Notes under the pieces: generated by a model
Told to the model about the DNA's origin: nothing
Database searches by the model: none
The model's input: only the letters and a program-made list of their open reading frames with translations
Shown: one piece after another, positions 48,326 to 61,774 of the stretch
How the letters are laid out: each line of letters starts with the position of its first letter
Position numbering within the stretch: position 1 is the stretch's first letter
Translations under genes and position numbers: made by a program
Source of the DNA: Mobula hypostoma
Taxonomy: Eukaryota
Assembly (NCBI RefSeq): GCF_963921235.1
Contig: NC_086108.1
Location: 57,166,001-57,230,000 of the forward strand
Length of the DNA stretch: 64,000 nt
Direction: 5' to 3'

Positions 48326-50497
48326 TCAGAATCAGAATCAGAATCAGATTTAATATCCCAGGCATATGTCATGAAATTTGTTAAATTGGTGGCAGCAGTA
48401 CAATGCAATACTTGATAAATATAGAAAAATAAATAAGTGAATTACAGTGAGTGTATATGTATAGTAAATAGATACATTAAAAATAGTAGTGCAAAAATAC
48501 AAATAATAAAAAAAAGTGAGGTAGAGTTCACTGGTTCATTGTCAATTTAGGAATTGGATGGCAGAGGGGAAGAAGCTGTTTCTGAATCGCTGAGTGTGTG
48601 CTTTCAGGCTTCCGTACCTCCTTCCTGATGGTAACAGTGAGAGGAGGGCATGTCCTGAATGATGGGGGTTGTTAGTAATGGATGACGCTTTTCTGAGGCA
48701 CTGCTCCTTGAAGAAATCTTGGATACTACAGAGGCCAGTACCCAAGATGGAGCTGACTAATTTTACAGCTTTCTGTAGCTTCTTTTGATCCTATGCAGCA
48801 GCCCCCCACCTCACCATACCAGTTGGTGATGCAGCCTGTCAGAAGGCTCTCCATGTACATCTGTAGAGGTTTTCAAGTGTTTTAGCTGACAAACCAAACC
48901 TCTTCAAACTCCTAATGTTGTTCCCTTGTTCAAGAAAGGGAGGCAAGATGACCAGTGAGTCTTACTTCAGCAGTGGGCAAGTTGTTGGAGAAGATCCTGA
49001 GAGGCAGGGCTTAGGAACATTTGGAGAGATGTAATCTGATTAGGGATAGTCAACATGGCATTGTCAAGGGCAGGTCATGCCTTACAGACCTGATTGAATT
49101 CATCGAGGATGTAACAAAACATATTGATGAAGACAGAGCAGTGGATGTAGTGTATATGGATTTCAATAAAGCATTTGATAAGGTTCCCATGCGAGGCTCA
49201 TTCAGAAATTAATGAGGCATGGGATCCAAGGAGACCTTGTTTAGTGGATCCAGAATTGGCTTGACCACAGAAGGCAAAGGGTGATTGTAGATGGTTCATA
49301 GTTCAGCATGGAGGACGGTGATCTGTGGTGTTCCGCAGAGATCTGTTCTGGGACCCCTCCTCTTTGTAATTTTTATAAATGACCGGTTTGAGGAAGTAGA
49401 AGGATGAGTTAGTAAGTCTGCTGATGACACAAAAGTTGGGGGTGCTGAGGATAGTCTGGAGGGTTGTCAGGGGTTACAACGCAACATCGATAGGATATGG
49501 ACTGGGCTGAGAGGTGGCAGATGGAGTTCAACCCAGATAAGTGTAAAGTGGTTCATTTTGGTAGGTTAAATTTGAAGACATATAATATTAATGGTACGAC
49601 TCTTGGCAGTGTGGAGGATCAGCAAGATCTTGGCATTCGTGTCCATAGGACATCCTAAGCTGCTGTGCAGGTTGACAGTGTTGTTAAGAAGGTGTAATGT
49701 GTGATGACCTTCATCAACCATGCGATTGAGTTCAAGAGCCGTGAGGTAATGTTACAGCTATATAAGACCTTAGTTAGACACCACTTGGAGTACTGTGTTC
49801 AGTTCTGGTCGCCTCTCTACAGGAAGGATGTGGATACTATAGAGAGAGTGCAGAGGAGATTTACAAGGATGTTGCCTGGATTGGGGAGCATGCCTTATGA
49901 AAATAGGTTGGGTGAACTTGGCCTTTTCTCCTTGGAGAGACAGAGGATGAAAGGTGACCTGATAGAGGTGTACAAGATGATGAGAGGCACTGATCATGTG
50001 GATAGCTGGAGGCTTTTTCCCGGGGCTGAAATGGCTAACCCGAGGGGGCACAGTTTTATGGTGCTTGGAAGTAGGTACAAGGGGGATGTCAGAGGTAAGT
50101 TTTTCACACAAAGAGTGGTGGATGTCTGGAATGCACTTCCAGCGATGGTGGTGGGGGTGAATACAGCGGGGTCTTTTAAGAGACTCTTAGAAAAATAGAG
50201 GGCTATGCGGTAGGGAGATTCCAACCAATTCCTAGAGTAGGTTACATGGTCGGCACAACATTGTAGGCTGAAGGGCCTGTAATGTGCTTTAGATCTCTAT
50301 GTTCTATGCTCCTAATGAAGTATAGGCACTGTCTTGCCTTCTTTATAGCTGCATCAATATGTTGGGACCTGGTTAGATCCTCCTGACACCCAGGAACTTG
50401 CACTTGCTCACTCTCTCTCCACTTCCGATGCCTCTATGAGGATTGGTTCACGCTCCATCGTCTTACCCTTTCTGAAGTCCACAATCAGCTCTTTCAA
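48326..50497 (-). mobile_element. Rex1/Babar LINE (48326-48917 and 50309-50497) split by a CR1
   Basis: QRFRNSFFPSAIQFLN; (TTCTGA)n tail; sequence continues across the CR1 TSD. Confidence 0.85.
48918..50308 (+). mobile_element. CR1 LINE, 5'-truncated, 9-bp TSD
   Basis: DFNKAFDKVP, LVRHHLEYCVQFWSP; CTCCTAATG at 48909-48917 and 50309-50317. Confidence 0.93.
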
Positions 50498-50977
50498 TTT
50501 CTACCAATGTCTTTAATTGCACAAAATACAGTACAGTGGGAAAGTATACATGCACTAGAGCAAGTCCTGACAAGACATATTCCATCCAATCTCCTGAGCG
50601 TCAGGATTTGTCAGAAATGAGTTCAATCAATTCAATGTGTACAAGATGCTTCTAATGTGTGATTTATGTACAGTCCATTGCCTAGGCTTATAGTTTTCCT
50701 GTCACTTTCTGTGCTCTTGTATATGAAAAGGTATTCTACTTTTCAGTTTTACTAACTTATTTTACCAGTTTGTATAAAGTTACGACTCACACTAGGTTTA
50801 AATATTTGGTCTGTATTTACTCTCCTTACTCTTTATATTTCATTGTTCTGCTCCATGTGTAATTCATCCATTTCCTCTCGAATCCCTCACAGAACCACTT
50901 CTCTTGTGCACTATTAAACCGGCCACATAGAGCGTTTACAAATCTTTACAAGCTACATCTTTCTAGGTGAATAATAG

Positions 50978-51017
50978 TTTTATCCAATATTATTCTTTAA
51001 AATAATATTGGATAAAA
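50978..51017. repeat. Perfect 17-bp inverted repeat with 6-nt spacer
   Basis: TTTTATCCAATATTATT-CTTTAA-AATAATATTGGATAAAA. Confidence 0.9.
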
Positions 51018-51407
51018 TAAATATTGAACTAAGAAGGTGTGGATTCAGGAAAGATTTGTAAATGCTGTACCAGTGTTGGGGTTGGTTGTTCATAGTTCAC
51101 AGGCTTATCTCATTCATCTCTTTCTGAGAGGTTACACCTGCTGGAACCTCTGGAATCAATTTCATGTTCAAGGTTGTGGTCAGAAACCTGCTAGCCATTC
51201 TCATGCTGCTACTGCAAACTGAGACACATGCTGTCTCCCACTGGATGGTCAAAGAGTTTTTGGACTGCACTATTTCTTTATCCAAGCTCAGCTTTAATTG
51301 TATAATTCAACTTTGTACGATAAGTAACATTTTCTCTTTGGAGTTGGTCTAAAATTATCCTGATGTTGTTTTCTTTTCACTGTTGTGGTTGTGCTTATTG
51401 GAAAATT

Positions 51408-52079
51408 AGATTAGATTATGAGGACACAGTCCTCGTTTATTGTCATTTAGAAATGCATGCATTAAAAAATGATACAACATTCCTCCAGAATGATATCATA
51501 AGAAAACACAGGACAAACCAAGACTAAAACTTACAAAACCACATAATCATAACATATAGTTACAACAGTGCAAAGCAATACCATAATTTGATAAAGAGCA
51601 GACCATGGGCACGGTAAAAAAAAAGTCTCAAAGTCCCGATAGCCTCATCATCTCATGCAGGCAGCAGAAGGGAGGAACTCTCCCTGCCATGAACCTCCAA
51701 GCGCTGCAAACTTACCGATGCAGCACCATTGGAAGCACCCGACTGCAGCGGACTCTGAGTCCATCCGAAAACTTTGAGCCTCCGACCAGCCCCTCCAACA
51801 CAGCCTCTCCGAGCACTATCCTCTGCCAAGCGCTTCGACCCTGGACCCGGCTGCCAAGCAACAAGCAAAGCCAAGGACTCGGGGCCTTCCCCTCCGGAGA
51901 TTCCGGACCACACAGTAGCAGCAGCAGCGAAGCAGGCATTTCAGAAGTTTCACCAGATGTTCCTCCGTGCTCTCACATCCATCTCCATCAAATCAGGATT
52001 GTGCACGGCACCCTACTTGACAAACAACAGACATCACAACCGGAGTGGCTGCTGCCAGCTGCGTCGTGCCGCCATCCTC
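51408..52079 (-). mobile_element. Non-coding, GC-rich retroposon with LINE-like ends (probably a non-autonomous Rex1/Babar partner)
   Basis: Minus strand begins GAGGATGGCGGC, ends AATAAA then (TAATC)n; CpGs retained; no RT motif. Confidence 0.55.
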
Positions 52080-53337
52080 AGTAGTGAATCTGTATAGAAG
52101 AAAGTTTGACACTTCATCAATATTGACACATAAGTATCAATATTAAATGGCAATTTCAATGACTCAGTAGATTGATTCACTATATCTTATGCCAAGATAA
52201 GGAGTCCACCTTTGCTGATGTTGAACCAGCTGCTTTTAGGTGAGGAGGTCACTGACCAGCACAGACCACACTACTGAGCAGACAAGCAAGGTCAAAAAAG
52301 CGACTGCCACTGTTATTGGTACCTACTGAAAAACAGAACAATGCAGCAGCAAGCCAAACACAAAACCAGCTTCACTGGTATGACCATGAGATATGGTTGT
52401 CGTTGACAATATCAGCATTTATTTCTCATCCCAACATGGCCCTGAACGGAGGGCACTGTTAAGAGTCGCCAGGCTGGTGGATTTGGGATCACATATGACC
52501 ACATCAGGGAAGAATGGCACCTGGAGGACATCGGTGAACTAAATGGATTTTAGCGACAATCGTGGTTACCAGTTTCATGGTTCCCATTACCAAGACTAGT
52601 TTTTCTATGAAATGAAATATTTTTTTGGTTACTTATATTTAAATTCCCCAATAGCATTGGTAAGATTTATGCACACGTTCTTGGATCAAAGCTTCAAAAG
52701 TCTTGCCGCTAATCAAAATACCGAACATGCGACACCACCACCCCCCTCATGCTACTTCCCATGGTGCAACAGCTTACAGAGACTTTTTCTAGTCCTGCCT
52801 TCTTAACTACGTGAAGACTTAGTGATGTAATGGTGGGAATGCCAGCTTCAGTGGGAGGAAGCAACATATTCACATATTAACTGTTCAGTTTGGGAATCGA
52901 GTCAATGCTGCTTCAGTGCCACTGCTGTACTGTGAATAAAACAGATGGGAGGAGTGAGAGTTGGGGGAAGATAAGCTGTAACACAAATTCAGGATTAGTG
53001 AAATTTTTTAAGACAGACTTCTGTGAGGTTGCCAGGTACAATAGGCTGTTTATTTTGCAGAAATAAAAAGGCACAAATTGATTTAACACATATCTCAGTG
53101 CCGACTGCTGGGTTCTGACAGGATTATAGCACTTGGAAAAAAAAACTTGCCTTTAGATAGATGGGTCTTAAAGTTGTTCCTCCGCCACATTAGTAACATA
53201 CTTAGTCATCCAGACTTCGAATAGTAAAGCAAGTATAACCATCTTGTTGGAAAGCAACCTAACATGAATGTTTACTAAATACATGACTAATTTGATGCTC
53301 TGGTTTCAACTCCACCATCCAAAAGACGTGGCTGCAG

Positions 53338-53444
53338 ATGACAAACAAGAGAAAATCTGCAGACGGCCTGAAACGTCAACCGTACTTTTTTCCATAGATG
53401 CTGCCTGGCTTGCTGAGTTGGTCCAGCATTTTGTGTGTGTTGCT
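53338..53444 (+). mobile_element. Short Penelope pLTR insertion, probably with an inverted 5' piece
   Basis: GGCCTGAAACGTCAAC...GATGCTGCCTGG...GTGTGTTGC; TGGCTGCAG (53329-53337) vs TGGCTGTAG (53445-53453). Confidence 0.78.
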
Positions 53445-53784
53445 TGGCTGTAGGTTATCCTGTGGTGTAGGGAAGTGGCAGAAGAGCCAGTGCATGAAAA
53501 TAAGTTGAAGGAATTGAGTGAATTAAGGAAAGAGGGAATGGGACTGATGGGATTGTTTTGCTGAGAGTTGTACTAACCTGATGAACAGAATTGCCTCCTA
53601 CATTGTCATAAGGAAGTCAGAAAGGCTTGTTATTGCTTTCAGTTAGTATGAACTATCAATGGAATGGAACGAATCAATTATTTTTGCCAAGCTATGATAA
53701 AATATATTGGAACATAGAACAGTACAGCACAGTAACAAACCCTTTGGCACATAATGTGCTGCAGTCACTGAACCACTATTTAGA

Positions 53785-54365
53785 AGCAGGATCAGGTTAA
53801 GTGTCATTGGCAAGTGTTATGAAATATGCTGTACTGTGGCAGCAGTGCTTTGCAATACATAGTACAAAAAACTATAATTTACAGTAAGAAATATGTAAAG
53901 AATTAAATAAATAGTGCAAGAAGAGAGTGAAAAAAGAGAAAAAAGTGAGGTGGTGTACACTGTGTATTTATAAATCTGATGGTGGAGGAGAAGAAACTGT
54001 TCTTGAAACATTGACTGTGTGTCCAGGCTCCTGTACCTCCTACTTGATGGTGGCAATGAGAGGAGGTTGTGTCCTGTGTGATGCGGTAGCTTAATGGCAA
54101 TGCTTCATTTCTGAGGCATCGCCTTTCGAAGATGTTCTCGCTGCTGGGGAGGCTAGTGCCCATGATGGAGCTGACTGACTTTGCAACTTTCTGCAGCTTT
54201 TCCTGATCCTGTGCAGTGGCCCCTCCATTCCAGATGGTGATGCAACTGGTTGGAATATTCTCCACAATAGAAATTTGAGTCTTTGGTGACATATCAAGCC
54301 TCCTCAAAACTCCTAATGAAGTATAGCTGCTGTTGTGCCTTCTTTGTAATTGTATTAATGTCCAA
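53785..54365 (-). mobile_element. Rex1/Babar LINE 3' fragment
   Basis: CITIWNGGATAQDQEKLQKV...FKNSFFSSTIRFIN. Confidence 0.8.
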
Positions 54366-55464
54366 CTAAACCAATCCCTCAATTCCCTGCACAGAGATTT
54401 GCTTATCTGAAGTGTCTTGGATGCCTCTATCACATTTACCTTCACCATTATCCCTGGCAACCACTACACCGTATAAAAACTATTTCCCCATATATCTCCT
54501 TCGGACTTACCCCTCTCACTTAAATAAGTGTGCTTTAGTATTATTAACTGAGCATCGTAACTGTTCACACCCAAGCTGACGTCTCTTATTTTCAGATATT
54601 CACCAATATTTGCCTTGATTAACATCCATGGGGATCAAGCATATTTAAAATCTGTTATTCCAGTTGTTGACTCTGGGCATCAGACGGAGCTAAGAATTTG
54701 AGAGCAGCTTTGGGCTGGGTGATGGAATCTGGGTTCGGAGTGAGTCACTGGGTGATATGGTCTAGGCCTGGTACCTGGGTCCTAGTGCGAGGTACTTTAC
54801 ACTGTTTAGACAATTTAAACGTCGGCCCAGTTTGGAGGTGAGTGCCAATTTCGCTTGCTCACTGTGATCCTCACTCCTTTCTCTAGGGCGCCAAAGCTTT
54901 TTGCTGTTCCATGGTTGGGTCAATTTAAATGCTGATCTAGATGGACTGAAAAGACGGGAGGGTGTCAGTCAGGATGAAAGCCGATTTCACTTGATTTCCG
55001 CGATGATCATCTCCATGGTACCAAGGCTATGAAGACTGCCCTGGCTCTCCGTGATGCAAATATGATGAACTGATAAGTGAGGCTTTGGGCCTACTCCTGG
55101 GTTTGGATCTGAGTACTCAGTTTTGGTTCGGAATGCTGTTGTTCGCTTCAATTATTTACATGATTTGTTTTTTTTTCTTCTTTCTTGCGCATTGAGTGTT
55201 GGTCTTAAGTTTTTATTTTTTTCTTTAATTGGGTTCTTTCAGATTTCCTGCTTTGTGGCTACCTGTGAACAATCAAATCTCTATGGTTGTATAAGTTGTA
55301 CATTCTTTGATAATAAATGTACTTGAATCTTGTCCATTCCAAGCCAAATCCCACAGATCCATACTTAAATCAGAAAACTCTGTGAAGACCCACATATTTT
55401 TTTTTCTCTTTGTTGAAATTCTACTTCTTTGCACATTTAATACTGTAGCTAACTGCATCTGAAT

Positions 55465-55741
55465 CGCTTCCTACAGTGGGGGAGTGTAGGAACAGACGAC
55501 AAGGCTTCAGAATATAATGGATGTCCATTTAAAACAGAGATGAAGAGGAACTTTATTAGCTAGAGTGTAGTGAATCTGTGGAATTCATTGCCACAGATGA
55601 CTGTGGGTATATTTAAAGTGGATGTTAATAGGTGTCAGTGGTTATGGGGAGAAGGCATGGAGGATGGTAAATCAGCCATGATGGAATGGTGGAGCAGACT
55701 TGCTGAGCTGAACAACCTAATCCTGCTCCTGGTCATGGTCT
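55465..55741 (+). mobile_element. CR1 3' fragment
   Basis: FKTEMKRNF...VVNLWNSLP remnant and TCATGGTC-type tail. Confidence 0.75.
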
Positions 55742-56104
55742 AAAAATCCTACAGAGAGTTCTAAAGGAGCCAGGAGAAACTGATTTCCTTTGTCAGAAGG
55801 ACTTAAGTCAATTTTGATTTCAATTATTGCCTGCTTATGTAGTTGGGGCAAAAACCTAATTTGGAGGAATTCAGATACATAATTCCAGGAATTGTGCTTA
55901 GACTGGTCCAAGTTCTTGGAGTTTCAGAGAGGTTTTCGCATTGGAAATGGGATATAAGGTTTTGCTGGAAGAGTGGGCTGATGGTGGCAGATAGAAGAAT
56001 GGAAAAAGGTATTTCAGAACAGAAAACCATTGCTTACAGCAATTCAGATTGAAGAGATTGAATAGACTGAGCAAAGGAGGCCAAGGGATGACTTGATAGA
56101 AGTA

Positions 56105-59100
56105 GATTGACACTAGTACCATTGACACTAGTGAATATGTACAGGCCCAACTTTGATGATACAATTTTTTTCAGAACCACTTTAAGGCCATGCCTAATCT
56201 GTCTGACTCTAACAGAATTGTAGATGGAGACTTTAATTGCATCTTAAATTCCCTCCTAGACAGACAATGTCCCCAAGTTTGTTCATTTAAAAATGGTGTA
56301 ACACTTAATGATCTCATGCAATCGTATAACCTAGTGGATATTTGGAGGCTTCTTAATCTCACGAAAAAGGATTTTTCATATGTCTCCGCAGTACATAAAT
56401 CCTACTCTAGGATTGATTATTTTCTGTTAGATTCGAAATTGGTCAGGTCAATAGTCGGTTGAATTTACCATAATATACTTATATCGGAATCATACTCCTG
56501 TCTCCCTTATACTCAAATTGAACCACAAAAGAGGTAAATATAGTTGGTGTTTAAATAATGCTTTGCTAAAGGATAAGGAATTTTGCTATTATCTTTCAGA
56601 TAAGATAGATCTATACTTAAGCACCAATGATGTGGGCGTTGTTGATGATTCCACTCTTTGGGAGGCCATGAAGGTGGTTATTAGAGGTTGCATAATAGCA
56701 TATGAGACAGTGGAAAAGAGACACAAGAAAAGGTTAACTGAAATAGATGATCAGTTGGCAAATCTGGAAGCTTCTTACAAAATAAACCAGGAAGCAGAAT
56801 TACTTGATAAGATTACTGCCTTACGGTACGAGTATAATTCTATAGTGTCCAAGCGTGTTTCAAAACTACTGACACAAGTCAGGCAGAGGTACTTTGAGCC
56901 TGGTGAAAAGCCCCATAAGTTATTAGCCCATCAGTTAAGACAGATGCAGGCCTCCAGGACCATACATCGTATAAAGGCGAAAGATGGCTTTTTATTGACA
57001 GACCCGGAAAAAATTACTAAGTGTTTTGCGGAGTTCTATGCTAATGTTTACCAATCACAAGGCGGTCCGGACGTTGAAGCTATGGAAGCATTTTTTGATA
57101 ATCTGAATCTGCCCACGCTGTCAACAGATTCAGTAAATACACTTGATGCTGATATAAGCCTGATGAGATCAAGAAGGTCATCTCCTTCCTCCCCAATAAT
57201 AAGGCAGCTGGTCTAGATGGTTTTAGCATGGAATTCTTCTAAGTATTTGGTCCAAAATTGTCACCTCTGCTCTTATGAATGTTGAATCACTCTAGGATAG
57301 CTTCCAAGATTGCCACCCACTTTTATGTAAAGCCAATGTTTCTCTGATTCCAAAACCAGGCCGTGATCCTGAGGTGGTTTCATCATATCGCCCCATTTCT
57401 CTGCTGCCCATTGAAACCAAAATACTTGGGAAAGTCCTGGCCAATAGTTTAAAAGAATGCATTTGTTCTATTATTCATCCAGACCAAACTGGCTTTATGC
57501 CAGGTAGACATATGCATTTTAATTTGCGTCGTCTTTTCAATATTTTATATACAAAACATGCAGAAGAGGCTGTAGTCATTTCATTAGATGCGCAACATGC
57601 GTTTGACCAAGTGGAATGGTCATATATGATGTTTGCACTTAGGAGATTTGGAATTGGACCATTTTTCATTAAATGGATTGAGATAATTTATTCACACCTA
57701 TCTGCTACTATTATCACTAATCAGAATATTTCCTCCCCTTTTTCAATTCATCGTGGGACTCGTCAAGGCTGCCCCCTTCTCCGTTTTTGTTTGCAGTTGT
57801 CACTGAGCCACTGGCTGTTAGCATCAGAGAGGACCCTTTGATATCTCCCATTGATATGCATGGACATAAACATCACCTTTCGTTATACGCTGACGATGTC
57901 CATTTATATATCTCCAGCCCAAAAACATCAACACCCGCCCTTCTGACTCTAATTAATAATTTTGGTAGATCCTCAGGTTTCTCTATTAATTGGGATAAGA
58001 GTGAACTAATGCCAGTCACTGAAGTGGCTAATACAGCGTATTTACAGTCCATTCCCTTTAAAATAACTTAGGATAATTTTTCCTATCTTGGTGTGACTAT
58101 TACAAAAAAAACCCAGATGACCTTTTGCAAGTGAATTGGCGAAACAAAGTTGAGCGGGTTAAACGCAATATTGAATTTTGGAAAACCCTTCCAATTTCTT
58201 TGGTGGGGAGGGTTAATGCAATCAAGATGATTGTACTGCCACGATTTCTTCATCTTTTCCAGTCAATTCCATATTTTATTCCTGTCATTTTTTAAGCAAT
58301 TGGATTCAATTATTATACCCTTCATTTGGAATTATAAAACCATTAGAATTACTAAAAAACATTTGTCAAAGCCCAAGGAAGCAGGTGGTTTTGTCCTCTG
58401 AACGTTAAAATGTATTACTGGGCTGCCCACCTATCCATTCTTGCATGGTGGAAAAAAGGCCCACCCTCTACCTCAGACTCGTGCCCAGCATGGTTACTCA
58501 TAGAGTGAATGCTTTGTAAGAAGACTTCATTATCAGCTCTCCTTAATAGCCCCACTGCAGTTAATAAGTCACATTTTACTAACAGCTTTGTGGCTGGCAG
58601 CACTATAAGAATTTGGAAGCAGATTCAACTACATATTAAGGCCTCAAAAACTTATATCGACACTCTGATTTATGACAAACATTCCTTTTTGCCTGGCCTG
58701 AATGATACTGTTTTTTCTACCTGGAAACAGAGGCATCTGTAGTGTAGGTGACCTATATATTACTGGAAACTTTGCCTCATTCGCAGTTACAAGCAGTTTA
58801 CAATATCCCTGCATCTAGTTTTTTTCAGATATTTACAAATTCGAGATTATGTTAGGAAATATATAACTAACTTCGAAGTTTTAGACAAACATGTGTCCTG
58901 GGAGGCAATAAAAAAATTTGATCCTGTTACTCGTAGTGCGGTATCCTATTTTTATCAGATCCTACATAATGGAGCTCGGGTGAATACTGCAGGTTTTAAA
59001 CAGGCATGGGTGGATGAATTGGGTACAGAATGAATAGAGGAGGTCTGGGATGAGTGTTTAAAGAGTATACATGAGTGTTCGGTCAACGTCAGACACAGAC

Positions 59101-59739
59101 TTATACAGTTTAAAACAATACATAGACACCATTATTCCAAAGAAAAGTTGCAGTTTCTACCTATGTTTCACCAGTTTGTAATAGATGTAAATCTGTGACC
59201 AGTAACTTGTCACATTCATTTGGGTCATGTTGTAAGCTTTATGCATACTAGAAAAGTATTTTTCACCATTTCTCTGAGGCTTTTGGGAAGTGTTGGGAGC
59301 CAGACCCACTCATAGCCATCCTTGGAGCAACAAGCTCCCTATCTTCAGCCAATATGTATGAAAAAATGGCTGTATTGTTTGGAATGGTGATTGCTAAGAA
59401 GTTAATCCTGCAAATGTGGAAAATGGAGCCTGTGCCTACGTATGATCTGTGGCCGAGAGGACTGGCAAATACTTCACATTTGGAGAGACTGAGACTATGT
59501 AAAGAGGACAGAGGGGACGTCTTTGAAAGGATATGGGGCCCTGTATTGGACTTTCTTACGGGGTGAGGACTGAGGTTTTTTGGTGCGTTGCACCTCTGCT
59601 GTGTATGTTTACTTTTGACTTCATATTTTTCTCCGTTATGCCGCTCAATATTTAATTTGATTTTGTTGTGTTTGTGGTTTTTGTGGACATGTTATATATT
59701 TTTTGTTTGTAATAAATAAATAAAATTAAAAAATAAAAA
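56105..59739 (+). mobile_element. L1 LINE ORF2, 5'-truncated within the endonuclease, many frameshifts and stops, inserted in an old CR1
   Basis: GDFNC, SYSRIDYF, SYRPISLL, IIHPDQTGF, RGTRQGCP, LSLYADD; C-terminal CCHC remnant; A-rich tail; AAGTA at 56100-56104 and 59740-59744; flanks rejoin as CR1 DDLIE|VHKIVR. Confidence 0.92.
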
Positions 59740-60817
59740 AAGTACACAAGATTGTGAGAACCAAAGACAGGGTTGTCATAATCTTTTTCCCAGGGTAGGC
59801 CTATCAAGCACAGCTTAGTTTTAAGATGAGTGGAAGGACTTTTTAAATTTATTCATTTATTTTTTAAACACACATATTTGTTGATATGTGGAATGAAGGC
59901 AGACACTTGACCACTCAGGATACCAGAAATGGCAGTAACATCAGTCCATGAAGACTACCTCATTATATCTTTTAATTTCGCACTATTTATTTTGTTACAG
60001 TAATTTTGTCTTTACAATGTAGTGTTGCTGCAAAACAACCAACTCAATGTCATATACTGTATCAGAGTGATAGTGAACCAGATTCTGATGTGCGACTCAG
60101 ATCAGCAGATCTCACATGTACCTTGTGGGCCAAATGGAGCTACCAACATACAACAGCTTATTCACTTTCTTTAGGACAGGAAAAAGGAGTAAGAAATATA
60201 GTTCTCAACTGCCTTTTGGGTTCACTTTGCACTCTGAACGATGCAGCATTCATTTTCCTCTTGGAGCGGATGGTAAGATCATAAAATAAATTAAGTGTTT
60301 GCACAAAGACCCCAATTTATAGATACTTCAGTCAAATTGTATGAGTGCCCAGGTACACAAGTGGGAGGCTGGGGATCTGAAGCAGGCAGAGCAGGACTGC
60401 TGATCCACAACAACTAATCAACATTCAAGAGGCAATTCTGAATCTTACCAAATGGCAGAAGCCAGGTGGGTGAGTGGGCAGTTCACCCGCTCTCTCTATG
60501 CCAATGAGATTCTGTCAGGCAGTAACAGACATTTGAAGTCGAGGTCAGTAAGAGGATGCTGTTTGTATCAGATGCAGACAACCAGAGAATCCAGGCCCAG
60601 AAGTGGTTCAAGCAAAGCCATTTCTTTGAACTTTACCCGCTTGTACTTCTGGGCTTGATCCCAGATTCCTCTTCCTTCAAGATCTGATCAAGGGTGGCAG
60701 AGGTTGGGCACGTTTGTCAGTGAGCCCACTGCCTTACGCCAATTTTTGTGATTTCCAGTTGTGAATGTCACTGAGGGTGTTGGTGGGGGTAGGGGCAAGG
60801 TAGCCTACAGTGAAGCA

Positions 60818-61230
60818 CTGTAGCAGAGCAGCTAGGACAACTCCATTATAGTGCCAGTCTCCTGGTTTCAGTTCTGCCGCTGTCTGGATTTGCTTTGGTT
60901 TTCTCCCACATTCCTATGGTGTAGCAGTGGTCCCCAACCTCCAGGCTGCGAAGCATGCAGGGATGCTTAATTAGCTTATTTCAGCTTTTTCTTAAAGATG
61001 TGCTGGGTGTGTCCCGGCCACCGCTGCACCCTTGCATGCTTCGCGGGTCTGCGGCCCGGAGGTTGGGGACCACTGATGTATGGGTTAGGGTTAGTAAGTT
61101 GTGAGCATGCTATTTTGGTGATGGAAGCATAGCAATACTTGCAGACTGCCTTCAGTGCATCCTCAGATGCAAATAACGCATTTCACTGTATGTTTCAATG
61201 TACATGTGACAAATAAAGCTAATCTTTATA
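60818..61230 (+). mobile_element. V-SINE-like element interrupted by a MITE
   Basis: tRNA-like head, TTTTCTCCCACATTCC V-domain remnant, 3' ACATGTGACAAATAAAG. Confidence 0.55.
60925..61075. mobile_element. hAT-type MITE
   Basis: Perfect 18-bp TIRs CAGTGGTCCCCAACCTCC / GGAGGTTGGGGACCACTG plus internal inverted GCGAAGCATGCA / TGCATGCTTCGC; TSD imperfect. Confidence 0.85.
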
Positions 61231-61774
61231 TTGAAGTGAAGCGTACAATTGTGGCTGAAATTGGGATCTTAGGTACCCAGTACTGATATAGTTTGAACAA
61301 TTGAAGAGTTCCTAGTTTTGGACAACACTCATGCACCCATCTTAAAAATTACTGGGACCACATGACACTGAAAACTTTTCTGCAGACTGCACTTGCTACA
61401 TATGCAGAGTCAACTCAGGTATTAGGTCCCCAGGCACAGTTGCACGTGCCGATGTCGGGTTCACACCCATCTGCTGGAGACTGCAGCCTGAAGCTGCCAA
61501 GGATTAGTAATCCAGTGACCAGACTGAAACAAAATCTTCAGAGGGTTTCCAAATACTGCTTATGGGTCAGCTTTCCAACTTGCTTCGTAGGTGTAAAACC
61601 TGCATTACCTGTTCTCTAAAGGAAATAGGTTGGCTTCTACTTGAAAATTTATCCTTCACATTCAACCTTGCAGGAACGCCATTTGTAGCAAATGGGCAAG
61701 AAAAGCATATCAGTTGATGTATCACTGCACCAGCACAGACAGCTTGTCCAAGGCAATCTCAGTGACCCAGGCTA

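Noticed and set aside
51605..52097. 159-aa and 107-aa ORFs
   Set aside because: Antisense reading of a GC-rich repeat; no recognisable domain
61082..61094. Telomeric TTAGGG-like sequence
   Set aside because: Only about two units, inside a SINE body
8700..61700. DIRAS3-like single-exon GTPase gene between gng12 and wls, as in human
   Set aside because: No ORF in the track has Ras-family G-box motifs
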